34,970 bases of DNA from Candidatus Taylorbacteria bacterium RIFCSPHIGHO2_02_FULL_46_13 (GCA_001821015.1 MHRQ01000012.1:3459-38428), one strand, 5' to 3'. Positions 1 through 9,030 are shown, numbered from the stretch's first letter. Made by a program: numbers and translations. Notes: generated by a model from the letters alone, not told the origin.

Positions 1-297
1 GCATTCGTGGTTGCGCTCGTTTGGTCCGTTGTCGTACTAAAAATTCCCACCGAGATAAGAGCTCGGCGGTTACGCAATTTTCTTCTGTTTTGTGTGCTCT
101 TCGCGGGGTCGGTAGTTTCGTATGAAGTTGCCGATTTCTACAAACTTCTTCCCAACGGTGGAATCCCGATCAGCTGCACTCCTGGAGCAAATCCCCTTGT
201 AACCCCGTGCTTTTACGGTATGCTCTTTTTCATCGCCTCGTTTGTGACCGCAATTTTCGCCACGCGGCGATTACGCACCACCATATCGGAAGTATAA
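1..297 (+). CDS. Membrane protein, 5'-truncated by the window edge; possibly DsbB/VKOR-like thiol-redox
   Basis: Frame is open from base 1. Hydrophobic segments and a Cys pair (SCTPG...TPCFYG) precede a TM helix. Confidence 0.5.
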   Translation, partial: AFVVALVWSVVVLKIPTEIRARRLRNFLLFCVLFAGSVVSYEVADFYKLLPNGGIPISCTPGANPLVTPCFYGMLFFIASFVTAIFATRRLRTTISEV

Positions 298-430
298 TGA
301 AAAAATATTTTAAACGATTAAAAACCATACATGTCATGGCCTCGGTCTGGTAACGGTTTCCTTTGCGTGTGGTTCGGTGTATAATTTCTTGAGTAGTCTG
401 GTTTTAATAATTTCATAAGGATATCTATAT

Positions 431-1432
431 ATGCAAAAGAACTATGCACTTTGGGCGGTTATCGCGGTAATTATTATTGGTGGAGCGATTTTCTTGATTA
501 AGGAGTCGGCAACGGAAAATGCTCTTCAAAATCAGGGGGACACGGTTCCCACTACAGAGACGAATACATCGGGCACGATAGAGGCGAGCGTATCTGCGCC
601 GGCAAAATCGAAAGATACTGGGCGTGTTATTTTCTCTATTACTGATGAAGCAGTCGGACTTGATACATTGCAATCCATCATGCTTACCGTAAACGAGCTC
701 TCGGTCCAGAGCTCGCAAGGTAGTTGGGTGAGCATTTCAAAAACACCCCGCACCTTTGACCTTCTTAATTTACACGAGAAGGCGCGTAACGAGCTACTCT
801 CTGATCTAAACTTAACGGCCGGCAGTTATACTAAAATACGTCTCTCCATTGGGAAAGTGGTGATCGTTTCGAAAGAGGGACTGAAAAATGTAGAAGCTAA
901 GTTGCCGTCGCAAACACTGACGTTCAATACAAAAATTGTTGTGGAAAAGGGCGGAACGTCAGGGGTTTCGTTTGACTTTGATTCTGGAAAAGCACTACAC
1001 CGCACGGGTGATGGAACAATACTATTCTTTCCGGTGGTTAAGTTGAATACACAGCACGGCATTGGTCTGGTGCAGATGTTGGGTGGTAATGTTGAGTTAC
1101 TCAACGGTCTCAGCGATTTCGATCAGACCTTGGGTGTGGACGAAAATGGAAATCTAAAAATCGGTTTTGCGTTGGCCGCGTCTACAAAACTTGAGCTTTT
1201 GGGAAACATTGTTCGCATTCTTCCGGCTGATGAAAAAGCTGCAGATCTCAAAGTCAGCGCGCAAACGGCGATAGATACCGCAATACAGAGCGGTTACATA
1301 TCCACCGCGCTTTCGGTACAGACTATCCTTCGAGAAAAAAGCCGTGTCTGGCAGATTGTCGGGACCAAGGGGGCTATGCTTGTGACCGTGTACGTTGATA
1401 TAAATACAGGAAAAGTGGTATCGGTGCAATGA
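431..1432 (+). CDS. Exported/membrane-anchored DUF4382-like protein with PepSY-like C-terminus
   Basis: 333-aa ORF with N-terminal TM, SITD..., FDLLNL, GSYTKIRL and FDFD motifs. C-terminal VYVDINTGKVV resembles PepSY. Confidence 0.65.
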   Translation: MQKNYALWAVIAVIIIGGAIFLIKESATENALQNQGDTVPTTETNTSGTIEASVSAPAKSKDTGRVIFSITDEAVGLDTLQSIMLTVNELSVQSSQGSWVSISKTPRTFDLLNLHEKARNELLSDLNLTAGSYTKIRLSIGKVVIVSKEGLKNVEAKLPSQTLTFNTKIVVEKGGTSGVSFDFDSGKALHRTGDGTILFFPVVKLNTQHGIGLVQMLGGNVELLNGLSDFDQTLGVDENGNLKIGFALAASTKLELLGNIVRILPADEKAADLKVSAQTAIDTAIQSGYISTALSVQTILREKSRVWQIVGTKGAMLVTVYVDINTGKVVSVQ

Positions 1433-1468
1433 CGCGCAATTATTAAGTTCGTATCAAAAAACACGAAA

Positions 1469-1518
1469 GTGGCCGCATGAAAACAGCATCTTTAGAGATG
1501 CTGTTTTCATGCGGCCAC
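1469..1518. terminator. Perfect 23-bp inverted repeat between convergent genes; likely bidirectional terminator
   Basis: GTGGCCGCATGAAAACAGCATCT-ttag-AGATGCTGTTTTCATGCGGCCAC. Confidence 0.7.
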
Positions 1519-1598
1519 ACTCGCGAGTATGTCTGGACAAATCTTATTATTTTAAAAGGGGAGGCGGGCGACCGCATAACTGCAGGGTTTCATACCCT

Positions 1599-2753
1599 TT
1601 ATGCCACAAAACCCGCGCTTATTTCATCAGGGTGTTCTGTCTGTTCTCTTTTAGCACTGTACGCAGCGTCCCCGTTTTTATAGTAGGGAAATGATACGGT
1701 AACAGTCGTGCCGTGGTTCGGGGCACTTTTCACTGCAATTTTTCCATGATGTATTTTGACTAACTCGCTTACGATGGCTAGTCCAAGCCCGCTTGAACCA
1801 TGTTGTCGGTTTCGTGAACGTTCTGCACGGAAAAATGGCTCAAAAATGTGCGGCAGATCTTTACGTTCAATACCCATGCCCGTATCTTGGACGACAAAGA
1901 GTATATGGCCTTGGTAATCAGGCTCAATTAACACGGTAGCTTTCCCTCTGGCGGGCGTGTAGCTAATGGCGTTCTTGATGATATTGGTAGCAATCTGTCC
2001 GATTGCGGTGCTGTTGGCATAAATCATGCGAGGTGTTTTTTTGTATACGATGATTTCTACGCGTTTCTTTTTTGCTAGTTCTCGCAAGGAACGAATGGCC
2101 GCGTCGGCCACAACCCCAAGATCAATACTGCTAAAGTTCATCTGCTCAGGGCGAGTCCAGTTGCTGAATGTCAGGAGGTTATTGATAATCTCTGATGCAC
2201 GGTTCAGTTCGTCTATATTGCTATGTAGCACCCTCTGAACTTTTGGGTCAAGTGACGTGTCCATCAGCGATACTTCGCTGTTCGTTTTTATGATAGCGAT
2301 AGGGGTGCGGAGTTCGTGAGCGATGTCGCCAATGAAGCGTTTTTGAAACAGCAACGCGTTACGCGCTGGCGCGAGCGCGACTTTCGCTATGAAATAGCCA
2401 ACCAGTGTTGCCATCAGTGCGGTTGCAGCAAATACAATAACGAAGTTTCTCATCTGCGCGTTTTGTGCCGCTTGCGCGATGTCTGCTCCGTCCCCAGCAC
2501 TACCCGTGCTTAACTGGTCAATGACGCCCTGCAGGATAGTCCGTGTCAGTTCCTCGTACAAATAGTGGAATGCGTAGGCAACGAGGGCTAAAAGGGATGT
2601 GCCCAGTAAGACAATGCACCCAATAATATTCCACTGCGTACGGAAGATGAGATCTTGCTGATATTTACGCTTTAAGCCGATAGCCCACTCCGCGAACCGT
2701 TTCCAGTAGATCTTCGTGTTCGCGACCGAGCTTGTTTCTGAGATTTTTAACAT
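1599..2753 (-). CDS. Sensor histidine kinase (HisKA + HATPase)
   Basis: H-box IAHELRTP, N-box NIIKNAISY, DTGMGI, IFEPFFR and GSSGLGLAI motifs; two TM helices. The last ATG before TM1 is at 2753. Confidence 0.92.
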   Translation of the reverse strand: MLKISETSSVANTKIYWKRFAEWAIGLKRKYQQDLIFRTQWNIIGCIVLLGTSLLALVAYAFHYLYEELTRTILQGVIDQLSTGSAGDGADIAQAAQNAQMRNFVIVFAATALMATLVGYFIAKVALAPARNALLFQKRFIGDIAHELRTPIAIIKTNSEVSLMDTSLDPKVQRVLHSNIDELNRASEIINNLLTFSNWTRPEQMNFSSIDLGVVADAAIRSLRELAKKKRVEIIVYKKTPRMIYANSTAIGQIATNIIKNAISYTPARGKATVLIEPDYQGHILFVVQDTGMGIERKDLPHIFEPFFRAERSRNRQHGSSGLGLAIVSELVKIHHGKIAVKSAPNHGTTVTVSFPYYKNGDAAYSAKREQTEHPDEISAGFVA

Positions 2754-3335
2754 GAACATCAACTACGTTGCTAAATGATAAATAATTGAAATCCCATAAA
2801 TGGCTCAACAAATCTTCCCTATTGATGGCCTCATTGGGATGTCGTAGAAAGTATTCAAGCAACATGAATTCTTTTAGGGTGAGCGGCAGTAGGGTTTCTC
2901 CCTTGCGCGCCATTTGTTCGGAGGCATTGAGTTCAATGTCTCGAACACGAAGTACTATAGGAACCATAGGCGCCGGCCGTCTGTGCAAAGCATCGATCCG
3001 CGCACAAAGTTCATCGAACGAGAATGGTTTTACTACGTAATCATCGGCACCAGATGTAAGCAAGCGCACTTTTTCATCCGCTTCATCCCGCGCAGTGAGT
3101 ATGAGTATCGGGAGGGTGATAGTGCGCTCCCTGACTGTTTTACAGATGGTGGCACCATCCATACCCGGCAACATAAGGTCTAGAATCACCAGGTCGTAGT
3201 CGTTATGATGAAGAGATATCCTTGTTAATGCGGAGGTGCCGTCATACAGTGCGTCCACCGCGTGCCCTTTATGAGTCAAACCCTCTACGACGGCATCAGC
3301 TAGCTTTTTTCGTCTTCTACAAGAAGTATTCTCAT
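2665..3335 (-). pseudogene. OmpR/PhoB-family response regulator with a 1-nt frameshift near the 5' end (real lesion or sequencing error)
   Basis: ATG at 3335 reads MRILLVEDEKS-stop. One extra A in the A6 run (3305-3310) restores EKKLADAVVEGLTHKGH and joins the 2665..3279 ORF (DLMLPGMDG, GADDYVVKPF, ETVRGVGY). Confidence 0.85.
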
Positions 3336-3527
3336 AATTTTGGTTTTTAGCTTATAGAGGCGCTATACACAATATCGTATAGCTCGGTCAGTGAAGGCTT
3401 CATGAAGCCCTTTGGTAGAGACGAATAGCAATGGCGTATATTACGGTTTATTTAGACTAGGATACCACTATTCCTAATTTGCCCTGCTAGTGCTATGATT
3501 AAAGGCGTTACTAAGTAATTAAAAAAT

Positions 3528-3782
3528 ATGGCAAAAGAGAACTCTGCTTTTATGAAGCCCCTGAATGTTAGCCCTGAGCTAGCAGCAGTCGTTGGAAATG
3601 GCCCAATGCCACGATCAGAAGTGGTCAAGAAACTGTGGGTATATATCAAGGCTAACAATCTTCAGGATTCAAAGGATAAGCGCCTTATCAATGCCGATGA
3701 AAAGCTCAAGAAAGTATTCGGCGGACAAGCACAGGTGCATATGATGAAAATGGCCGGACATCTTTCCAAACACCTATCCTAA
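3528..3782 (+). CDS. Stand-alone SWIB/MDM2-domain protein
   Basis: SPELAAVVG...RSEVVKKLWVYIK.NNLQD...INADEKL signature. Confidence 0.9.
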   Translation: MAKENSAFMKPLNVSPELAAVVGNGPMPRSEVVKKLWVYIKANNLQDSKDKRLINADEKLKKVFGGQAQVHMMKMAGHLSKHLS

Positions 3783-3797
3783 CTGAATTGCCACAGA

Positions 3798-3838
3798 AGC
3801 CCGCTTTGATTCTTGTAATCAGAGTGGGTTTTTGTTTT
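3798..3838 (+). terminator. Intrinsic terminator after the SWIB gene
   Basis: Stem AAGCCCGCTTTGATT / AATCAGAGTGGGTTT followed by a T-rich tail. Confidence 0.7.
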
Positions 3839-3844
3839 GCTATG

Positions 3845-3933
3845 TTATTGCCAAGCGAGTGAGCGGAGAGAAAAAGTATCTTCTTTTCTCTCCCGAGCGA
3901 GCGATGGCAACAAAGGGTGTAATGCCCTTTATT
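3845..3933 (+). repeat. ~90-bp structured repeat, copy 1 (MITE/REP-like)
   Basis: TTATTGCCAAGCGAG...GGAGAGAAAAAG/CTTTTCTCTCC...GATGGCAACAAAGGG...CCCTTTATT; near-identical to 4262-4351 and to the reverse complement of 10150-10240. Confidence 0.9.
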
Positions 3934-3943
3934 ACCTGTCGAC

Positions 3944-3972
3944 TTGCAATATACCCCCTGGGGGTATATACT
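3944..3972 (+). promoter_or_regulatory. Sigma70 promoter with CsoR operator in the spacer
   Basis: TTGCAA-17-TATACT. Palindrome ATATACCCCC-T-GGGGGTATAT (3949-3969) has the C-tract/G-tract form of CsoR operators. Confidence 0.85.
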
Positions 3973-3980
3973 CGGGTGAT

Positions 3981-4253
3981 ATGAATAAGCAAACACAGAA
4001 GGCCTTATTGAGCCGTTTACGCCGTATTGAAGGGCAAGTCCGTGGGCTTCAAAGGATGGTTGAGGAAGAAACGTATTGTGTTGACGTCATTACTCAAGCA
4101 TACGCAATCAAAAGCGCCTTGGGCGCTTTTGAAGGACTCATGTTAAAAAACCATCTTGAGACTCATGTTGCTGATCAGATGCGACATGGGAAAGAAAACA
4201 AAGCAGTTGGAGAAATTCTTAAGATTTACCGAGTATCGCAAAGAAAACAATAG
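3981..4253 (+). CDS. csoR: CsoR/RcnR-family metal-sensing repressor
   Basis: RLRRIEGQVRGLQRMVEEETYCVDVITQ...NHLETHV; ATG at 3981 lies just after the promoter. Confidence 0.9.
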   Translation: MNKQTQKALLSRLRRIEGQVRGLQRMVEEETYCVDVITQAYAIKSALGAFEGLMLKNHLETHVADQMRHGKENKAVGEILKIYRVSQRKQ

Positions 4254-4261
4254 CAAAGGTT

Positions 4262-4351
4262 TTTATTGCCAAGCGAGTGAGTGGAGAGAAAAAGTATCTT
4301 CTTTTTCTCTCCCGAGCGAGCGATGGCAACAAAGGGTTTAATATCCTTTAT
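4262..4351 (+). repeat. ~90-bp structured repeat, copy 2
   Basis: Direct copy of 3845-3933 with a few differences. Confidence 0.9.
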
Positions 4352-4388
4352 CAACTAAAATTATCAGTTAATCAATTTTTTAATCACG

Positions 4389-4604
4389 ATGAAAAAATCT
4401 TCTTTGATCCACGGTGTGTCTATGGTAACCGGTATTTGGGGTGCGCTTGCGCTCGTTGGAGCATGGCTTGCGGGTGAAACCGGAACTATCTTTGGGTTTA
4501 CACAACAGCACTGTTTCTTTGATGCGATCGTGCTTGAACTCATTTCTGTTTCTGCCGGTGTGTGCGCTTTGTATCGTCGTCAATTAGAGCGTGAAATCCA
4601 ATAA
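4389..4604 (+). CDS. Small two-TM membrane protein
   Basis: 71-aa ORF with two hydrophobic helices; ends 8 nt before the ATPase gene. Confidence 0.7.
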   Translation: MKKSSLIHGVSMVTGIWGALALVGAWLAGETGTIFGFTQQHCFFDAIVLELISVSAGVCALYRRQLEREIQ

Positions 4605-4612
4605 CAATTTCA

Positions 4613-6688
4613 ATGGACTGTTGTGACCACATAAAACCAGATAAACCAGAAACACCACACGAGTACATCTCGGAAAGTCTTTACACGTGCCCCATGCATC
4701 CCGAAATCCAGCGCGAACAGCCCGGTATGTGTCCTGAATGTGGTATGGCGCTCGTGCCGGTAAGAGGTATGAAAAAAACGGGTCATGTTTCGCATGGGGA
4801 TCATAGCGATTTCAATAAACATGCGGGACATCGCACCTTGTCGTTTCTCACGAAGTTCTGGATATCGCTTGTCTTGACCTTACCAATCATCGCATATTCA
4901 GATCTACCTGCTATGTTTCTGCACTGGACCGCCCCCCAATTTGTTGGGTCGCAGTTTCTCTCGCTGATCCTTGGAAGTATTATCTTTTTTTACTGCGGAT
5001 GGATATTCCTCGCGAGCGCGTGGCGTGAATTGAAAGCACGCCTTCCGGGCATGATGACGCTCATTGCTCTTGCAATTACCACCGCCTACGTGTGGAGTGT
5101 GTATTCAACCCTCTCAGGTTCCGGCCATACTCTCTGGTGGGAGCTTTCTACGTTGATTGCGGTTATGCTTCTCGGCCACTGGATTGAGATGCGGGCAGTA
5201 CAGGGTGCACAGGGCGCTCTTAAAGAACTAGCAAAACTTCTTCCTGATACAGCAGAGGTTATTCGAGGTAGTCAGATTGTTATCGTTGCTCTAAACGAAC
5301 TTACCGTTGGTGACATCATAGTGGTTCGCCCCGGGGGAAAAGTGCCGGCTGACGGGAAGATTATTGGTGGACGTTCAGATTTGAATGAATCAATTATCAC
5401 CGGAGAATCAAGGCCTGTCCCCAAAACGGTGGGCCATGAAGTTATTGCCGGGGCAATCAACGGCGATGGCAGTCTCAATATTGAAGTCACGAAGATTGGC
5501 GAGAGTACCTTTCTGGCCGGTGTTATGCGTCTGGTTGCTGATGCCGAAGCGAGTAAATCAAAGCTACAGATGCTTTCTGATCGGGCCGCATTTTATTTAA
5601 CCATGGTGGCTGTTGGTGCCGGTGTCATAACGTTTGTTGCCTGGCTTATTGCGGGTGCCGGAACATCATTCGCTATTGAGCGATTGGTTGCCGTTCTTGT
5701 TATCGCGTGTCCGCACGCGCTGGGGCTTGCAATTCCCCTCGTTGCTTCAATTTCTACCACCATGGCTGCTCGAAATGGTCTCTTGATTCGCCAGCGTCTT
5801 GCGCTTGAGGCGGCTCGGAAAATTGATGTGGTACTGTTTGATAAGACAGGGACGCTTACCGAAGCGAAATTCAAAGTAACACTGGTGAGTTCTGACGAAG
5901 TTCTGGCTCTGGCCGCTTCGGTGAACGCGCACTCCGAACATCCGATTGCTAAAGCGATGGTGGAAGAAGCACAAAAGCGGTCGTTGCGACTTCAAGAAGT
6001 AAAAGATTTCAAGCGTGTGCCTGGCCGAGGGGCCGAAGGCACTCTGGCAGGCAAGCATATATTCGTCGGTACGAAAGGAGGTGATGATATTGTGGTGGAG
6101 CGCGAGGGAAGAATTATGGGGACGATATCGGTTGCAGATGCAGTCCGTCCGGAATCAAAAGAAGCGATTACTCGTCTGAAAAAAAGTGGAATCCGCGTGG
6201 CAATGATTACCGGCGACAGCGAAGAATCAGCTCGCCGCGTAGCAGGCGAGCTTGGATTGGATGAGTACTTTGCGCGGGTTCTTCCCGGAGACAAAGTTAA
6301 GAAAGTCCGCGAATTGCAGTCTCGGGGGCTCACTGTTGCTATGGTTGGTGATGGCATCAATGATGCACCGGCTTTGGCACAAGCCGACCTCGGCATTGCC
6401 ATCGGCGCAGGAACGAATGTTGCAATTGAATCTGCGGGCATCATTCTCGTTAAAAATGATCCGCGCGACATCTCCAAAATCATAACGCTCTCTAAACTGA
6501 CCTATGCAAAGATGATTCAGAATCTTTTTTGGGCCACGGGTTATAATCTAGTTGCCTTACCCGTGGCGGCGGGAGCGCTGGCTCCGTGGGGTGTTATTTT
6601 GCAACCGGCGGTGGCAGCTGTTTTCATGTCACTCTCCACTGTTATTGTCTCCGTAAATGCGGTACTCTTGAGAAATAGGCGTCTCTAA
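4613..6688 (+). CDS. copB: Copper-exporting P1B-type ATPase, CPH (CopB-like) type
   Basis: TGES, ACPHALGLA, DKTGTLT, EHP, GDGINDAP, YN and MSLS motifs; N-terminal YTCPMHPE..CPECGM domain and His-rich stretch. Confidence 0.9.
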   Translation: MDCCDHIKPDKPETPHEYISESLYTCPMHPEIQREQPGMCPECGMALVPVRGMKKTGHVSHGDHSDFNKHAGHRTLSFLTKFWISLVLTLPIIAYSDLPAMFLHWTAPQFVGSQFLSLILGSIIFFYCGWIFLASAWRELKARLPGMMTLIALAITTAYVWSVYSTLSGSGHTLWWELSTLIAVMLLGHWIEMRAVQGAQGALKELAKLLPDTAEVIRGSQIVIVALNELTVGDIIVVRPGGKVPADGKIIGGRSDLNESIITGESRPVPKTVGHEVIAGAINGDGSLNIEVTKIGESTFLAGVMRLVADAEASKSKLQMLSDRAAFYLTMVAVGAGVITFVAWLIAGAGTSFAIERLVAVLVIACPHALGLAIPLVASISTTMAARNGLLIRQRLALEAARKIDVVLFDKTGTLTEAKFKVTLVSSDEVLALAASVNAHSEHPIAKAMVEEAQKRSLRLQEVKDFKRVPGRGAEGTLAGKHIFVGTKGGDDIVVEREGRIMGTISVADAVRPESKEAITRLKKSGIRVAMITGDSEESARRVAGELGLDEYFARVLPGDKVKKVRELQSRGLTVAMVGDGINDAPALAQADLGIAIGAGTNVAIESAGIILVKNDPRDISKIITLSKLTYAKMIQNLFWATGYNLVALPVAAGALAPWGVILQPAVAAVFMSLSTVIVSVNAVLLRNRRL

Positions 6689-6692
6689 ATGT

Positions 6693-7106
6693 ATGTATTC
6701 CACATCTAAACAAATTATCTCGGTGATGATCCTGATATCGTTCCTGACGATTGTGTTTCTAAGTGTTGTAGCCATGTTACATATGCCAGATGGAGATATG
6801 TCTGGCGACTGTCCATTCTCTGCACTAGGAGACTCGCTTTGTCCACAGGATGCGGTAACGGTTGCTCTCCACCACATATCTGCGTACCAGTCATTTTTCA
6901 ATGTGCCCGTTGGTTCGGGTCAGACGGCACTGATTATTTCCTTACTTCTTGCCACCTACGCGATGCTCGTAATCGGTATACGTTCTCCGTTACGTGGGCC
7001 GCCCGCTACTGTGCGTCTTGTCTATGGTTCTCCACCGGTTAATTCTTATGAAAGGAAAATAACTCGCTGGCTGTCTTTGTTTGAAAACAGCCCCTCTACC
7101 TACTAA
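6693..7106 (+). CDS. Exported/membrane Cys-His protein (DUF2946-like)
   Basis: N-terminal hydrophobic segment, CPF...CP, HH and RGPP motifs. Confidence 0.6.
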   Translation: MYSTSKQIISVMILISFLTIVFLSVVAMLHMPDGDMSGDCPFSALGDSLCPQDAVTVALHHISAYQSFFNVPVGSGQTALIISLLLATYAMLVIGIRSPLRGPPATVRLVYGSPPVNSYERKITRWLSLFENSPSTY

Positions 7107-7166
7107 GAGCACTTAAAAAGTTCTGCTTTTTAAGTGCTCACGCTCGCGCCCGTTCGCGAGTTTTTT
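7107..7166 (+). terminator. Tandem hairpins: 14-bp perfect stem, then a terminator-like stem, inside the Cu cluster
   Basis: GAGCACTTAAAAAG-ttctg-CTTTTTAAGTGCTC (7107-7139), then CTCGCG-cccgtt-CGCGAG-TTTTTT. Confidence 0.65.
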
Positions 7167-7199
7167 CGTTTCTTATTCTTCTCATCTAATACAGTTCGT

Positions 7200-7718
7200 A
7201 TGAAACCAAAAACAATTGTTAACGTTCTCGTTGTCAGCTTTGTACTGATAGGTCTCTTTGTTTGGGGTTATACTCAGAAAGAAGCCACTACGGCATCCGT
7301 TCAGGGAGTTGGAGGGGCGTCCTCATCTAAAAGCGCTCTTGTGGTGTCTGAAACCATTTATGATTTTGGCACCATCTCTATGAAGGGTGGAGATGTCACT
7401 ACAGAGTTCACCATTACTAATCCGACCGACCGCGATATTATCATCAGCACGGTGGTTACCTCCTGTATGTGCACGACCGCGTTCATCGTAGATCCGAACG
7501 GGGGGGCTAAAGGTCCGTTCGGCATGCCCGGACACGGGGGGGCGGTACCGCCGGCCAATGAGATTATAAAAGCCGGTGAGAACCGCACCATCCGTGTCGT
7601 CTATGATCCCAATGCCCACGGTCCTGCGGGAATAGGTGCGATTGACCGTTTCGTCGTGCTGACTGACACATTAGGCGGCACGCTAGAGCTTGAGATAAAG
7701 GCGCTGGTAACTCCATAA
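7200..7718 (+). CDS. DUF1573 (Ig-like) membrane-anchored protein
   Basis: YDFGTI...F.ITN...TSCMCT pattern; ATG at 7200 is followed by a TM helix. Confidence 0.75.
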   Translation: MKPKTIVNVLVVSFVLIGLFVWGYTQKEATTASVQGVGGASSSKSALVVSETIYDFGTISMKGGDVTTEFTITNPTDRDIIISTVVTSCMCTTAFIVDPNGGAKGPFGMPGHGGAVPPANEIIKAGENRTIRVVYDPNAHGPAGIGAIDRFVVLTDTLGGTLELEIKALVTP

Positions 7719-7722
7719 CGGT

Positions 7723-8502
7723 ATGAAAAAACTTATTATCAGTATCGGGATAGTGCTTATTGCAATTCTTGGGATTGTGACGCTAAAATATAGCCCCGGG
7801 TTTTCGTCCTTTCTTTGGAGTGCAAGTCAGGGTGGAGTTTGGCTCTTGCCCTTAGTGGCCTTCTCGGCGCTTCTAGATAGCGTCCATCCGTGCTCGTTCT
7901 CAATCTTGCTCATCACCATCGCGTTTCTGTTTGGCCTGCAAATGACCAGAAGAAAGATTCTCCAGATTGGCGGGCTCTATATCGCTGGCATATTTGCAGC
8001 TTACTTCACGATCGGCATCGGCTTGTTACAGGTGCTCCATATCTTCAACACGCCGCACTTCATGGGCAAGCTGGGCGCGACGATGCTCATCCTATTTGGG
8101 CTTCTGAATCTTTTCGGTGCGCTTTTCCCAAAATTTCCGATCAAGCTCAAAATTCCGGACGCGGCACACCGCTCTATTGGCACACTCATCAATACAATCT
8201 CTCTGCCAGCAGCTTTTGCGCTTGGTCTGTTGGTCGGACTCTGTCAATTCCCCTGCATGGGTGGCCCGTATCTAATGGTTATTGGGCTTCTCCATGACCA
8301 GATGACATACTTCAAAGGTTTCGGCTACCTTGTCCTGTACAACGTAATTCTTGTTGCACCGCTCGTTGCGACTCTGTGGATTGCTGCCAATCCCGTACTT
8401 ATTGACCGTATCAAGGAGTGGAAACAGACCCAGATGAAAAATGTGCATCTCTACGCTGGCATCGCCATGATCATTATCGGCATCTTAGTGCTGTTCATCT
8501 AA
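7723..8502 (+). CDS. CcdA/DsbD-like transmembrane thiol-transfer protein
   Basis: Multi-TM protein with DSVHPCS and CQFPCMGGPY motifs. Confidence 0.8.
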   Translation: MKKLIISIGIVLIAILGIVTLKYSPGFSSFLWSASQGGVWLLPLVAFSALLDSVHPCSFSILLITIAFLFGLQMTRRKILQIGGLYIAGIFAAYFTIGIGLLQVLHIFNTPHFMGKLGATMLILFGLLNLFGALFPKFPIKLKIPDAAHRSIGTLINTISLPAAFALGLLVGLCQFPCMGGPYLMVIGLLHDQMTYFKGFGYLVLYNVILVAPLVATLWIAANPVLIDRIKEWKQTQMKNVHLYAGIAMIIIGILVLFI

Positions 8503-8503
8503 T

Positions 8504-9010
8504 ATGAAATCAACAAATACAAAAAAGCCGTTCTCACTTGAAGAATTTATCGCAAAAATAGCAGTGGCCAGAAAAGAGGGTGGGGTTGATCTTTCCACTA
8601 CCGAGGACTTGAGTCTTGCGGTTATGAACCTGATCAGTCTTGAGGAACACTTTTTCTTCACGGCTATGAAAACGGGTAAGGACGAATATCATGACACCGC
8701 CACTGAGGTTCGGAGAATGCGTACGCAATTACTTGCCGAGCTTATGCCAGATCATGAGGGGGAGACATGGTGTGCATCAAAACATCTTCTCTCCGCTACC
8801 ATGCGATTAATTGAAGTTGGCAACAAATTGCAGTCGGAGGGAATGAAAGAAAAAGCGGGTGAGGTATTTAAGAAGGCCTACCATGTCTATTCCATTTTTT
8901 GGGCGCTTAAACTCAAATTAATAAGTGTCAAGAGCGTACCGAATGTATCCCCAGACAGTGTACGACTGGAAGATCTTGTGTCCAAGTTAGCAGATTGTTG
9001 TAAGGAATAA
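8504..9010 (+). CDS. Hypothetical helical protein with potential metal ligands
   Basis: 168-aa ORF packed tightly against its neighbours; EEH, WCASKH and C-terminal DCC motifs. Confidence 0.7.
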   Translation: MKSTNTKKPFSLEEFIAKIAVARKEGGVDLSTTEDLSLAVMNLISLEEHFFFTAMKTGKDEYHDTATEVRRMRTQLLAELMPDHEGETWCASKHLLSATMRLIEVGNKLQSEGMKEKAGEVFKKAYHVYSIFWALKLKLISVKSVPNVSPDSVRLEDLVSKLADCCKE

Positions 9011-9030
9011 TATGGCAACAAAATAAACAC

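Noticed and set aside
3837..3980. N-terminal extension of CsoR (138-aa ORF) and the ORFs 4156..4341 and 4277..4477
   Set aside because: They are translations of the repeat and promoter; the real start is 3981.
3845..4351. Repeat-spacer-repeat pattern as a CRISPR array
   Set aside because: The repeats are ~90 bp, the spacer is the csoR gene, and no cas genes are present.
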